A stretch of 62,950 nucleotides of DNA, the filler included, from Reticulomyxa filosa (lineage: Eukaryota > Protista > Foraminifera): the NCBI GenBank assembly GCA_000512085.1. It is 20 parts of 20 records of this genome, joined end to end, with 100 filler letters (N's around TTAATTAATTAA, not from the genome) between each part and the next. Parts side by side here need not be neighbours in the genome. Positions count along the whole stretch, not along the records: positions 35,081 to 37,321 come from ASPP01021482.1; positions 37,422 to 38,555 come from ASPP01003964.1; positions 38,656 to 52,335 come from ASPP01006738.1; 17 more parts are not named here. One strand, given 5' to 3'. Under the pieces are notes generated by a model. That model ran no database searches. It saw only the letters and a program-made list of their open reading frames with translations, and was not told where the DNA came from. Shown here piece by piece: positions 35,909-49,980 of this stretch (within the stretch, counting starts at the first letter, position 1; every line of letters begins with the position of its first letter). The translations under genes and the position numbers were made by a program.

Positions 35909-36653
35909 TGTTTGCGATTGTCATTCCATTGTTTATTTCTTTGTTTTTTACTCCGCCATTTTTTTATTGTTTTTACTTTTTGGTTGTTTTTCTCTTCCAA
36001 AATTGCATTCAAAAAACACACATGAAAATCCACAGTTTTAAGACTCGTTTTTTCTATTGTTCTAAAACTTTTTATGTAAAGTCATCAATCTCTTTCATGC
36101 GACTTAGAAAAGGTTAACCCCCGTTCAATCAATATTTTGTAGAAAAATTGGTGATTTAAACTAAATGGATTAGGGATGGAATAATGAAAACATTATTATA
36201 GCAAGTTGAATCAATACTTTTTGGCTTGTTATTGTAAAATTACAAATAACAAGCTTTGTAGTTAAATTTTACGATGCAAAAGCATTTAAGTAACTAAGAA
36301 TTACAACAAATTGCTATTTGATCAACAAACTGTCAAACCAAAATAAATTGACAGCCTTTTTTTTTTTGAAAAAGGTGTTTTTGAATTTGTTTTTTTGATT
36401 TTTTGAATGGCATTCTTTATGAAAAAATTCAAAATTTTTAAGAATATCAAAGGCCGCTACAATTTGCCGTGATAAGAAATAAGAAAAATGTTTTTTAAAA
36501 ATTAGCCAAATGCTAGCTTTTTTGTTTTGTGATTAAAAAGTGAACTTTTTAAAAAGTAACTAGCTCACAAAATCGAACAAAATGTGGAAATTTGGAGAAA
36601 TCAAACAATTTTCAAATATAACATTTTTTCAATGAAGGGAAAAAAAAAAAGAG

Positions 36654-37321
36654 TTACTTTGCATCAGTTGGCTTTTCAATTGAGTAATCATAATCGAGAG
36701 AGACTTCCTTTTCAATGCACTTGCCGTCAGCAGTAGTAATGAGCGTGGTGACTCGTAAAGTAGTATTACCAAAATAGAAGCGGTTGGAAACCTTAAACTT
36801 GTTGGATTGCAATTCGCGAGGCAATCGAACATGTAACGTTGCCAATGGTTTAAGTCCGGAGACAACAAGAGGGTTCTTTTCGTCACTGGAATAAATGGTC
36901 GTTGTATCAACGTAGTCAAACGACGAATCCCACCATTCGCCTTTTGAACTTCCAAATTCATGTTCCACAATCTTTTTTTTTTTTTAATATACCGTAGAGC
37001 AAAAAGGAGATTGCAAGGAAAAAAAAAAAATATATATTGGAGCCAGTTAACTTGATCAACCTTGATTTCTTCCCCTTTCTGGACGAAGACATCAAAGCAA
37101 CTATTGACAAATTCTTGACCGTCTGAAGTGGTAAACTTATGATTTTGGATGTGATCTGCAGAGACTCCGGAATCGATGGCCTCCACCATATGGATGGCGC
37201 AACTGACTCCGTATGTCTTATTGACAATCCTGGACTTGACAAAGTTGGATATTTTGCCGACTCTCGCGGCGCCATCAACGACAGACAGAATGGGATACCT
37301 TGGAATGAAGATGTGATAATG
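36654..37321 (-). CDS. HSPA12-like atypical Hsp70, C-terminal part
   Basis: IFIPRYPILSVVDGAA...VKSRIVNKTYGV, FDVFVQKGEEI, IYSSDEKNP and FYFGNTTLRV; one intron ~37050-36972. Confidence 0.72.
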
Positions 37322-38655
37322 NNNNNNNNNNNNNNNNNNNNNNNNNNNNNNNNNNNNNNNNNNNNTTAATTAATTAANNNNNNNNNNNNNNNNNNNNNNN
37401 NNNNNNNNNNNNNNNNNNNNNAAGACCACTATTTGATGCAGTATTCTGCATCACAAGAGTCGTCGATACCATCCAGTCCTGCAAGCAATATAGAGATAGT
37501 CCACGGATGTGGACGATTCGAGATGACGACTCCAAGACGCGCACATCTTATGGACAGCCATGTGGCTTGTGCCATTTGATAGTTGCGCGCATTAGGGATG
37601 CTTTGCATCCCCACGTAAAGTGGTCTCAGTAGGATTGTGGCAAGCAAGCACATGAGAATGTGTCGTTGCTTTGCTTACAATCCTCACAACAAGTGGCCAG
37701 TGCAACACTGGAGGAACACGACCGTCAAAGCGTGTTTCTACGCGTTCCCAAGTTTAGTATCCATTTTCACATGCTTGTATTAATACTATATACACTTTGC
37801 TTTAATAATATATTATCATACTTTGCAATGATGTATTTGTTTGGTAATAGTTTGGGAAATTAAATAATTCGAAAGATGCCTGTTGTCATTATGGTTTATT
37901 TTTATTGTTTTTTTTTATTTAAGTGTTATTATTAATTTTTTGATTATTTTAATTAATTTTAATTTTAATTTTAATTTTAATAAATAATATTAATAATTAA
38001 TAATGAATATAACTTTATATTCAATATATTTTCTTCAAATTAAATTATTCGATGTTGCCGTTACAATCCAATAATCTTTTTCCAAAAGTCTAACATATAA
38101 TAAATATATTTGATATTTTCATTACAATAAAATCAATGTTGTGTATTTTCAAATATTTTACTTAGATCAATGAACAAATATACACACCAAGTCCCAAAGC
38201 TCGATCTTGGCATTCAAAGAGTAATGTCTTGCCATAATCATAATTATAGTTTTGATTGTCATACCGATATGATGGGCAGTTAGTCGACTCTGCAAAGATG
38301 ATGTAGTCCACATATTGACTCATTCTTAATAAGTTACAACTTCATGGCAGGTTGCGTGTTTCTATCTTGCAATTCTGCCGTTCGCAGCCACAATAGTGCA
38401 CATCCACTATATCATTATCATAGTCACTACCATTGCCATTGCTGTCCATACGTTCACAGCAAATGATTTCAGAAATTGATACTCTTTGTTTTGCACATTC
38501 AATGTGTCACCAATCGCCATCTTTTTTTTTTATTATTGTTTTCCAAATGTATGTANNNNNNNNNNNNNNNNNNNNNNNNNNNNNNNNNNNNNNNNNNNNT
38601 TAATTAATTAANNNNNNNNNNNNNNNNNNNNNNNNNNNNNNNNNNNNNNNNNNNN

Positions 38656-41172
38656 TAAATGGTTATGAGACAGCACCCGTCAGATCACAAGACATTAGTG
38701 ACTTCCCCCCGACTACTCAAGACGGCTTCATTCAAAATCCACATGTTTGTTTGATTTTTTTTTTTAAAAATTTATATAAAAAAAAAAAAAAAGGGAAAGT
38801 TTATACGTATTTCATGATTTATGTTGATTTGTTTCTTTGTTCACCTTTTTGCAATGAGTGAGACTGTTACAAAAAAAAAAAGGGGCTGTGTGCTCATGTA
38901 AAAAATGTATACGTGCAACGAATAGGAAGAAATAGTCCGTTTGAACAATTTGATAGAATTAGGCAAACAAAAATTGGCATTGCAAACAGAGGTTAAAAAA
39001 AAAAATAATAATAACAATCTTTTTTTTTTGAGTTGTCGTTGGCACATTCCATTGAGTATTAAAAGAGAAAGTAGCCAAAGGAATATGTGTCATATAGACA
39101 CACATATACATATACATGCATATACACATATGTCGCATATAATCAATGTACTGAATTTACATTTTAAATGAACACAGCAAATCGAACAATTGTCACGTGA
39201 AAACAAGTCATTGCACGACGACATCCACCAACTGTACTCGACACTGAAAGATAAAGGACTGGCGAAACCCTATCGCATGAATACAATGACAAATTGGAAA
39301 GAGGAGGATTTGGAAGAGCTCGAAGCAGAAATGTCCAGAAAAGGAGCCGAACTGCGAAAGGAAGACTTGAAGCGACAGTTTGAACGACAAGAGGAGATGT
39401 ATTGGCAATCGCAAGGCATTCCCGAAGACGCAGAGACCCAAAACAATGACAGTAAGAATGACAACGTACCAAACGCGTATCGTGCACAGACGATAATCCA
39501 CCATGGAGACGAGGACGAGCCGGCAAAAGAGGCAACAGACAATCGAGAGCACGACGCCGAAGACGAAGCGGCCAAAAAGTCTCACATCATTCGCAGCGCA
39601 ACAGAAACGGGCTTTTGGACCGAAAATGATTGGCAAGCGGTCAAAGATGATATGATGACCGAAATTAAAAAAATTAAGAATCAACAAATTGCACAAATGG
39701 TGGAAAAGCAAGACGCTCTGCGGATGCAAAAAACCAATCCCAGTGAAATCGGTGATACGCAGGTTTTTTTTTTTTTTTTTTTTTTTTTGACTTGTGGGTG
39801 TTGAAATGAAAGTACACGGTCATAAAATCATACACATTTCATACGCTAGGAATTGGAAGAGTTTTCTCCAGTTAAGGAAGCAACGTCCACAATTGCACCC
39901 AACAACAATACTGAATCTGCTCCGGCAGATGATCAAGTGGGCCAATTACGCAATGAAATAATGGCTGAAATGCATCGACTGCATTTGCAATCGATGCAAG
40001 AAATGTTCGAAAGAGAAGAAAAATTGCGTTGGAATGTTAAGACACTTTTTTAAATATTGTTTATATAAATATAAAGTCCAAAAAAAAAAACACCATCTGC
40101 AAATAAACAGCCTCAAAATGAAAAACACAACTTGATGACTGAAGAAACGGCGAATGCTACCAAAGCCAATGATTTGGAAAAAATGCAAGAGGAAATGATG
40201 GGTCAATTGCGAGAGATGACGAGACAAGAATTAACCAATATGTTCGAAAAGCAATTTCGACTTCGAGAAAACCAAGTTTTGCTGTTCTTTACACAATTGA
40301 GGAAAACAGAAATCTAATTATGGTAGAGCGAGGGGGTAAAATGGAAACAGACGATTGACATAACAGTGAGCACCTCTTTTTTTTTCTCCCCCAATACTTT
40401 TATGTTTGCAGCCAATCAATTCGGCCGATGGCTATAGTCCAAATGCAAGCGTCAATACCAATATCAATGCCAATGTCAATGTGAATGCAAACGCAAACAA
40501 CAGTGGAGGCAACAGAAGTGGCCCTCACAACCTGGTTCATCCAAAAACATCACTAGCTGATGACGAGTTGGAAAAATTAAGACAAGAGATGTTGGAAGAT
40601 TTGAACAGTAAGCAAAGAGTAGGATTGACTGCAATGTTTGAACAGCAAACGAAGAATCTTTGGACAGGCTATGAGTCCAGCCCAGCAAATGCCGACACCA
40701 CAAATAAAATTGAAAGCAACACAGATAAAGAGAAAGGAAAAGAGAAAGAAACAACGCCAAAAATAGATCAACAATTGAATGAAAAAAAAGGAATTGGAAG
40801 ATAAAGTTTCTCAATTGACTCGACAACTAGAGGATGAACGCAATCGACAAAATGGTTTGCAGACAAGAATCGAAGACTTGGTTACCAATTATGAAAATAG
40901 ATTGACAGAAGCAAACAAATTAAGAAATGGTTTACAAGATGAAATTGTAAGGCTTACTGATTCCAAAGTTACCTTGGTTAAAACTACTGCTTGGCAATTG
41001 GATAATCTCAGGTCAAAAACAATCACAAACAAATTTTCTTTTATTTATTTCTTTATTTGAACATGGTTATGTGTTGTACAGACGAGTAATTAACGCTTTG
41101 TTGCAAATTGAATCTTGCAAAAAAATTACCAAAATGTTGCTTGACGATTCTTTACGCTATGGAGCAAAGTAA
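38656..41172 (+). CDS. Multi-exon coiled-coil protein with four ~30-aa helical repeats, 5' truncated
   Basis: Collinear ORFs at 39190, 39853, 40132, 40406 and 40779. The last intron (~41012-41081) restores the frame to RVINALLQIESCKK...YGAK*. Confidence 0.65.
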
Positions 41173-41505
41173 AATAACACTTATTGATAAAACCGTTCTT
41201 TGTTGGGCTTTTTTTTGTAGATTTGGTTTTATTTTGAAAACACTTGAATTGAATGAAAAGTTTCTTTATGTTTCTGTTGATATTGGTCAAGATATTTTTT
41301 TCCTTTCTCAATTTTTACACATTGGTTTTCTATTAACTCAAAATGTTGTGTAAAAATAAATGAAAAACTCCTATGATATATAATGATCGTGATTATTCAA
41401 TTATTGTATTGAATACAAAAAAACCGAGAACAAGGACTTAAAAAAAATTAGTAAAAAAGCGACAAAATTTGAAAATAATGGCCGTGTGCTTCACAAAACA
41501 AGAAA

Positions 41506-43898
41506 TTAAAGTTTGACTAAGAGAACACCATCGTCACTGTCACTATCTGTGTCCAAGTTATGAACAATTTGGTCTGATTTTTGTTGATTTTTGTCATTGC
41601 TATTAGTGATCAGTTTTTCATTTTCTGTTGTACTTTTATCTTGACCTTGATTTTCTTTATTAGCGGTTAGAGGCACGGGAGGACTTTGAATGGAAGTAGA
41701 GGGTTTGTGCAAGTCTTGCTGTTGTTGGTAAAACTGCCAAACTGTATTTTTTCGAATGCATTGCTGAAGTGCTTGTAACTCTTGGCGAACCAAAGATCGA
41801 TATTGAAAGGCATCACCAGACTGAAGAAGAAGAGAGAGTTCAAAATGTTTAGCCCACAGAAGAGGATCAGGAGGAGAAGAAGTAGATAGATTCTTAAAAT
41901 AATCCGCAAGTTTGACAGCAAAAGTATCGACAGCAATAATCCGTGTTTTAAAATATAAATCCTTGACATTTGTTGTGTATTCTGTTTCGAACAATTTTTG
42001 ATGACAAGGATGGGATGGATTGGTTAAATCTTGCTGTAAAGATAATTGTCGATGATGTTCAGTATCGTGTTTATTTTCTTTGTTTTTTTCATTTTCTTTA
42101 TTTTCTGCTTGTTGCATTACAGATAATGCAGTTTGAAAATCAAGTTGGCTAATATCGGGAATGGAAGGGTGTGACTGTGAAGACGAATGAGAGTCTAACA
42201 AACGAATTTGATCTTGAGTGGTCATGGGTTTGGGATTAAAAGCATCAAGGGAAGGATAGTTATCATAATCAGTGTAATCGCAACCATTATAATTTTCATC
42301 ATTATTACAATCATCGTTATCATCGAAAAGATCGGCAAAAGAGAATTTAGTTCGATGATGGTCATTATCATGATCAAAATTGCGATAGCGACTAGCATTG
42401 GAAACAAATTGTTTGACAGTGTCAGGGGAATTACAAAATTGACAGCACTTTGGATTAGGTGGTCTCGCTCTCGTGTCACCAAGATAATGAAGGAAAAATT
42501 CGCGATGACATGACAAAGTTTGACAAAGTTGCTGGCATTGGCGAAATAAAGAAAGCGAGTGCTGATATTTCGGACACAATTTAGCTTTTTGGCAAGCATC
42601 AGAATAAGTTAAAAGAGGATCTTTTCGCAAAAAGGATTGAACAACTTGTTGAAATAGAAAAGATTCTCGAGAATAGATATCCGATTTGGAAAATAGCAAT
42701 AAGCAAGTAGCAGGCTGACCATCTCTGGAAGCTCTTCCTGTTTCTTGATAAAAATCTTCAATGGATTTGGGTAGATTGGTATGAATAATGAAACGAACAT
42801 CTGATTTATCAATTCCCATACCAAAAGCACAAGTGGCAACAATAATTTTGATGGTACTTTGTTGCCACAAATTTTGAATGGACTGTCTCGTTTTGCAATT
42901 TAACCCTGCGTGATAAGAAGAGATGGAAAAGACATGTTTTAAATTACTTGCAATAAAATCAGCATCTTTTCTTCGAAAGCAATAAATAATGCCAGTGTGA
43001 TCTTTGGAAAAATTTGTTAATATAAAAGTTTGAATTTCATATAGCATTTGTTGTAAATGCAGTGTTTGAAAGTAATGTATTTGATAACAGATATTCGATC
43101 GATCAAAATTACCGGTCAATTGAATGTGGTCATCTTGCAAATGTAATTGATTGCAAATATCAATACGTATCTTTGGGGTGGCCGTTGCTGTTAAAGCAAT
43201 AACTGGAATATTTGGATAGTCCTTTTTCAATAATTGCAATTGACGATAACTGGGTCGAAATTCATGTCCCCATGTGCTTATGCAATGACATTCATCAATT
43301 GCAAATAAACATAATCCGTTTTCTTTGTGCAATTGTTTCAATATTTGTTTTAATGTTTCATTACTGTTTAATGTCTCTGGCGTTGTATACAATAGCTCGA
43401 TTTTTTTTTCTTTTAATTCGATTAGTATTTGTTTTTTGGTCTTTTCTTTTACGCTGCTATTTAATATCCTTGCTTTTATCTTGTATTGCTGTTTCATTTT
43501 TTCTACTTGGTCTTCCATTAATGCTATTAATGGACTTATCACTATTCCTAGGTTTTTTTCTATTAATGGCGGCAATTGATAACATAAACTTTTACCACCT
43601 CCTGTTGGCATCAGTAATCTGTATACATTTATGTTATATTTGTATTGTTTTTTTGTACTCAAAACACTTATCTCTCATCTACACCACTTAACAATACATC
43701 TTTCTTGTTTAATACCGCTTCAATTGCTTCTCTTTGCAATTCTCGGAATTCTTTCAATCCAAATCTCTTTTCCAGCACCGTTAAATATTTACACTTTCCC
43801 TCTTCTTGTCTTTCTTCTTCTTTATTTTCCACTTTTTTGCTGGATTCTATATCCTCTTCCATCTCTGCTCTTTTTCTTTTTACTAGATATTTCAACAT
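41506..43898 (-). CDS. RecQ-family DNA helicase (RECQL5-like)
   Basis: FGLKEFRELQREAI | MPTGGGKSLCYQLP, IDECHCISTWGHEFRPSY, LTATAT, ATCAFGMGIDK, YQETGRASRDG and the Zn site CHRE...CCQFC; one intron near 43692-43619. Confidence 0.93.
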
Positions 43899-44523
43899 TA
43901 TTATTTCACAAAATGTTCCCTTTCTATTCTTTTTTTCTTTTTTTCCCTTTTTTTTCTTTTTTGGTTGCTCCCCTTTTTAAAAATCATCTTTTTGTGGAGT
44001 AAATTATTGAGTGAATATAAAGTCAAAAAATGCACAGAACATAATTGTCAAGTCTGAATAACAATTGAGAAAAAATACACTTATATTAAACTTTATGCTT
44101 GATGGACACTGTCCATAGTGAAGTGGATCGGATGGGAGTACGTTGATGCGTGAGGATATGTTGTGATTGAAAGCTGCAAGCAAATATTTTTAAATTTTTC
44201 TTTGTATTTTACTTTTTTATTTTTTATGGAATTGTTCGACTTCCCTGTGATGGAGCAATTGACAATCCAAATGCATATAACTTACAGTTAGCGATTCCAA
44301 TAGATCTAGCATCGACATTATGTGCGCACCACAAACGGTTACAACGCAGGAAACGCGACAAATCTTGCTCTGTAAACTTTCTTTTTCACTATTACTGAAA
44401 CTTTTTTTCCTTTGGAAATTATTTTCTTTTAGTTTATTTAATTTTAGCGAAAACTTAGTACGTGAAAGACTTGCGTTAAACCAAAAAAAAGACTAAATAG
44501 CGAACAACCCACCACCTGACACA

Positions 44524-46904
44524 ATGGAACTATTAACAGGTGATCCAATTCAACAACGAAGCGAGTCGCCTTTTCCAGACATTCGCTCCGGTTTGAGCAC
44601 AGTGATGTTGCAATCTCCGGTACTGCATGGACCAGCACCATCGACGCCGTTGTTGAACGGATCGATGTACAATAGCAACACACAGCTGTTGCGAACAGAA
44701 AGCGAGTTTTTGAGCACAGTGGACCAGCTATGCATCAGCATCGAAGACGAAATCGAGCTATTGGAGTACTATTTTCATCGAAACGAAGTGCAGATCAAGC
44801 ATTGGGACAGCGACGAGCACGTGCTGCAAATCGAGTACTACCTCTATCAAGGACTGTGTACCATCGCCATTGACATCTATGTGCCATCCTGCTATTCGTC
44901 GCACCTTTTGTTGCCGCTCAAGGACAGTGTCGACAGTGGACACAAAAGGACATTGCCACAACCTCGGGACACTCCAGTGAGAGAGACGTTGCCGGGAAGT
45001 GTCAAGTCAGGTCGTTGCGTGTCGTCCGAGACAAAGGAGATTGTGAAGATAACACAAATGAAATGGAGGAAGATTACGAAGTGAAAGACAAAGACAAAGA
45101 CAAAGAGAAAGAAGAGAAAGAAAAAGAGGATCAAACGAATGAAAAAGACAAAACAACGAAAACAAGTAAGAAAAAAAGGGAAAAATGGGAACAGCTGGAA
45201 TTGGAATTGCAGGATTGCAAGACCATTTTGAATCAAGTGAGTTTGGAATGTTTTCATAGAAAATGCAATTCTGTTATTAAAATGCTTATGAAATTTGATC
45301 AATGGATTTATTCTTCCAACAATTGCTTTTTGGCTTTTTTGAAAAAAAAGAAACATCAATTTGGCACTTTTGCGTACGATGCTTCTTCATCCTCCTCTTC
45401 TTCGTCATCATCATCTTCTTCTTCTTCTTCATCATCATCTTCATCATCATCATCTTCATCATCTTCTTCATCATCTTCATCATCATCTTCTTCTTCTTCT
45501 TCTTCCTCTTCCTCTCCTCCCTCACCAATCACTGCCTCTTCGTGGATTGTGCACAATCGATGCTGCAACAATATTTCGAACGACGAATACCAACACGTGA
45601 TTCACTCGGATAAATCGAAATTGGACTTGTCTCCGCTGTTCGGCTCGACGTCGAAGACGCAAGTGAAAAGCACAGATAAAAAAGACACTCACAAAAGTGT
45701 CATTTCGCCGCCTCGTTGCATCGCAAGATTTAGCTCTTGTCAGAATCGCATTTTCGTGGCCTGTCGCTCCATGTCCCCGGTCATCACATCCGCGATGGAC
45801 AATTCCCAAGCCAATCTTTTTTTATTTGAAACCGAAACGACAGCTTCTCACGTCGAGACGAACGACAAGCACTCTTGGGATGAACGCACGATTCATTGTG
45901 ACGACGACAACGACGACGGCAATGACAATGACAATGACAATGACAATGATGACGATGACAATGACGAGAACAACAATATAAAAATCCGAAGCAAAGAATA
46001 TATGCAATTTTTGGAGGCGTCTCACCATTCGAATGACACTTTTTCCGATGACTTTGTTGCCAAGTTTGCACTATTCAATAATAACTCCAACAGTAACATC
46101 CCTCGTGATCGCAAACATACCCATGATCCCGACCCGCTTCCTCAGTACAATCTCCATCATCTTCATCATCAAGAGAATCGTGACTCGGATGTCATGGGCA
46201 AATCCAACAAGCAAGTCAAAAGGGCTATGATTCCAATCCATGTTGGTTGGTGTGCCATGCATCGTGTTCGCTCCAACGAGTCGCATCCCAATCCTTGTGC
46301 GTCAAAAAAACACTCTGTGTATGTAATACATAAAGTTGGACGACTGATTTGGCGAGAGACTTTTTCGTGGAAATTGGTTGTCGCCTATCATATGACTGGT
46401 GACAACGTCGTCAACGTCTTGTCCAAAAACTCGGTCATTGCCAAGGAATACCGACGACATGTCACCGGTGACGTTTTTCAAATTCTTGCCCATTTCTTAA
46501 ATGCCAATCCTGGTGGAAATGCAGTTGCCCTTCACCAGGGCAATTCTATCGCCCAAAATATCAACTGTTTGTTTCGAGGCACTCATTACGCTGTCATTTC
46601 TGTGTGGGAGTTGATGCAAACCTTATGGGAAGGTTGTGATTTCCAATCGTTGGCTGTCATCTTTTATTTGTGTTCTTTGAGTCCTCTTTTAACTCACGAA
46701 ATATTACACAGAGGCAACGCCTTTTTCACCAATTCTTTTATTCTTCATTGTGTCACACAATACTTGAAATGCCTCATTGTCAAATATCACGACAGGCACT
46801 TTTTTGCAAATCAACATACTACTGTCAAAAAATTGCTTCAAGTCATCCAACTGTTCCAACGCTTTATTGTTACTTACAAAATGCTTAATGCTTCCACTTT
46901 GTGA
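44524..46904 (+). CDS. Divergent WDR59/SEA3(Mtc5)-like protein: RWD-like domain plus helical C-terminal region, with a poly-Ser insert
   Basis: RWD-like EIELL...IDIYVPSCYS, then PPRCIARFS, Y..TGDNVVNVLSKNSVIA and CDFQSLAVI, which resemble WDR59 motifs. Frameshift between ORFs 44524 and 45015. Confidence 0.45.
45382..45516 (+). repeat. TCA/TCT trinucleotide tract encoding ~45 Ser
   Basis: Read directly from the sequence. Confidence 0.95.
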
Positions 46905-47406
46905 CCAACTTGCTCTTGTTTTTTCGTTATCTGTTATATTTGCTATTGTTATTCTTCCCCTCTGTCTTGATCATTTAGGCTATTGTTCGTCATTTAATTG
47001 TTCTAATTTTCGAAATACTGATCTTTGCGCATTCTTTTGTGGTCTTTTTTGTTGAGAAATTGGCAATGTGATATGGCAAGCAAGATCTCATACCACGTCC
47101 CTTTAAGGTTACATTCAATATATGATATAACCGTTTTGTTTCTTTGTTTTATTTTGTATGTACGAATTTCTCTTTTTGTGTCATGAGAACTATAGCTTGA
47201 ATTTATTGTTTGTAATTTCTACGTTAACATTTTTCAATGGCCGTTTAGAGTTTTCAGAACTATTGAACGCTATTGCAATATTGCAAAGTTCTTTAAAAAA
47301 AAGGAAAAAGCGTGACAAAAAAAATTGAAATGACTTTTACTTGCATTTCAGTTAAATGTAATGATTTCTTTAATTTTTTAAAATGAAAATTGTTGACCTT
47401 TTCACT

Positions 47407-48151
47407 TTAAGTCGATGCACGAAGTGTTGTAAGTTCTTTTTCGGCCAGGGTAAGTTTTTCCTTAAACTCATCCCTGGCACGGTTTGAGCCTTGCAGTTGT
47501 GACTCAAGGTTTTCTTTTTTGTTATTCAATTCTTCTTTTTTGCTGGGCCTTTTTTGTCTCCCAACAATGATTGGGCATAATTGCCAGCGCTCAGTGCTTG
47601 TTTCGTCAATGCCTCGTTTGTTTTTTGCAACGAAAAACACTCAAACATCAAGCTGCCATGGACTCGTAGTATCACAAGAATCAACAGCGAAGCAAATGCC
47701 AATACTGCATCTCGTTGCAGTTCTGCTTTCAATATTTTGTCTATATAAGCAACAAGTGTTCTTTTATTACATATATTTGGTTGGCTATTTGTTTGTCTCT
47801 CTTTTCAAGTTCAACCTGCCAGTTCCGACGATGGAACATTCAAAGTTTGAGTGATCGTTTGCTGCTCATACACCGTTGCTGTTTGTTTTATGAATTTACC
47901 TTGCTTTGAGGGGATATCTTGTTGTTACTCTGAATTACAGACAGGTGGTTGGAAATAAAGAATACTCAACAAGCAAACACAAATAAAATAAAGGCCGAAA
48001 TTATCCATACTAAAAACTGACATCTGGTAAACGCTGGTTGCAATTTTATGATTATGGATTTTTTAACTTCAAATGCACATGGAATAAATAAAAATCCAAG
48101 AGCTCCCAGTATACAAGAAAATACGGGTAGCAAGAAGATATCCACGCGCAT
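47407..48151 (-). CDS. BAP31/BAP29-like ER membrane protein (introns, frameshift)
   Basis: Three TM segments, LQRDAVLAFASLLILVILR (cf. AQRN..), EALTKQA, then a coiled coil. Confidence 0.6.
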
Positions 48152-48538
48152 GATTTTTCAGAAATAAAATATGGTTCCAAATTCAGGTTCCCTTTTTTCA
48201 AACACGGTTAACAGTTTCTGCACACTTTAGTTGAGATTTTACTTCAGTAAGACTATTTTATTTATAAACCAAATTAATCGGCGTGCAGCAGCTATATATT
48301 CATTCAAATAGTATTTAATAAGACATACCTCAAACATATAAGTTACAGTTTAGATTGAATCAAAAAAGTTAGGTAACAAAAATGTCTAATACTCCTTTTC
48401 CTTTTGAACATTTGAATATGTCTTAAAAAGATTCGTGACGGGGGCTTTTAAAATTACTGGATCTTTTAATGGAAATGCATTGATTTTTGAACTTGTAATT
48501 ATCATAAAGATCGAAGTGGCAAATCAGAATTAGATAAG

Positions 48539-49980
48539 ATGGGCTTTAGTGTGCCTATACTTTCAACATTTAAAGGTTTTTCCTTATTTATACAGTTGAC
48601 ACCAGGTCTCTTTTTTGTTGTTTATCACAACAGAAATGTTTTTAGTGATCGGTCTCACCTCGGAGTTGGGCATGGCAGTGTCTTATTTGATAGCAGGAGT
48701 GTGGGCATTGAGTACATTGAAAAAAGTTGAACAAATAACTTCTATTTGTATTTTTGTGACGGGCTATGCTGAAACACAACTCACAATCCTTCTATTATAG
48801 CAAACCGAAATCAGGTGGCATCCTAATTGGTTACCATTGGCTATAATGCTATTGGGCGTATTAATTGGTGTTTTTGCCATCCTTATTGTCTGCGGCTATT
48901 ATTTCTTATTTGTATACATGCATACCTTACGCCTTGTCTTTAGACTACGCGATAGGCATGGGCCTTGGTTTGGCGGTGTTTCAACTATATGTTCATTGGG
49001 GAAAAATGCAATTTTTACACAAAATTTGAAATTGATCTCGACGATAATTTATCTTTTTAAAGTTTCAAAAAAGTGAATTTTTTAAATCTAAGCTTACAGC
49101 AAAACTTGCGTTTACTGTTTTGAGAATGTATTGGTATTTATTGCTGTTTGTTCTTTTTTTTTGTCAAAATTAAAACAGATTTTACGAATCATCAATAGAA
49201 GACTTGACAATTGGTTTTTGTACCTTAATCATTAAGTTGTGCCCATGTGCTTTTAAGAGATTTTGTTGCATGTTGAGATTGACTCACGAATAATCTTGAA
49301 AATACTAAAACTCTCTACATAAAGTTGCTTGTATTTGGACGACGTTTTCGTTTTTGTGAAAAGCGTAATAAAGATTTGTCTGATTTTCATTTGAATTGGA
49401 TCATTATTCCTGATTCCACAAACTTTCTTTTCTTGCCATTACATCCACAATTTTATCGAAGGTGGGCAAGTCTATGTGAAGGAAGATATTTTATAATATC
49501 TCTATGTCCGAAAATATGTTCAAAGATACTAACCAAAGCCGGCATCCAGTGGTTCCACGCTGTACTCGTCAATACTTTGGTTACTGTTTATGTAGCCAAC
49601 AACGCTAATATAAACATTATGGTATTGAACTGGTTTTGCCTTGCGAATAGTTACTTTATATCCGTTACTGGAACTGATGATCATTGTTTGTTGCTTTTTT
49701 GTCATTAAAAAACATAAGGCTTGTCTGCTCAAAAAATACAAACAAACAACTCAACATCTTGAAACACAAGTTTGCCACAAATTTGGACTTTTTGGGCAAT
49801 GTGATGACGGATTGTTGAGGCTTTCACAAGGGGAATTGCTTCAGTGATTATAGTCGCTGACATCCTAAAAATTGTTGACGAAATCCTTTTAGCTCGGCAC
49901 GTTCTGTACTTGAGCAAAAGGCTAACAGTTGAACGACACGCGCGTAAGCTTTCCAAATTTTTAAAACTCACACAGTTTGC
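48539..49980 (+). pseudogene. Decayed multi-pass membrane protein gene
   Basis: Collinear hydrophobic ORF fragments (48615, 48837, 49641) interrupted by stops. Confidence 0.3.

Noticed and set aside
37422-38555. Cys/His-rich fragments (possible TRAF-type finger remnant)
   Set aside because: The frames are broken and the spacing is not convincing.
45286-45613. Poly-His, poly-Met/Lys, poly-Ile/Phe and poly-Asp/Glu ORFs
   Set aside because: They are alternative-frame or antisense readings of the poly-Ser trinucleotide tract.
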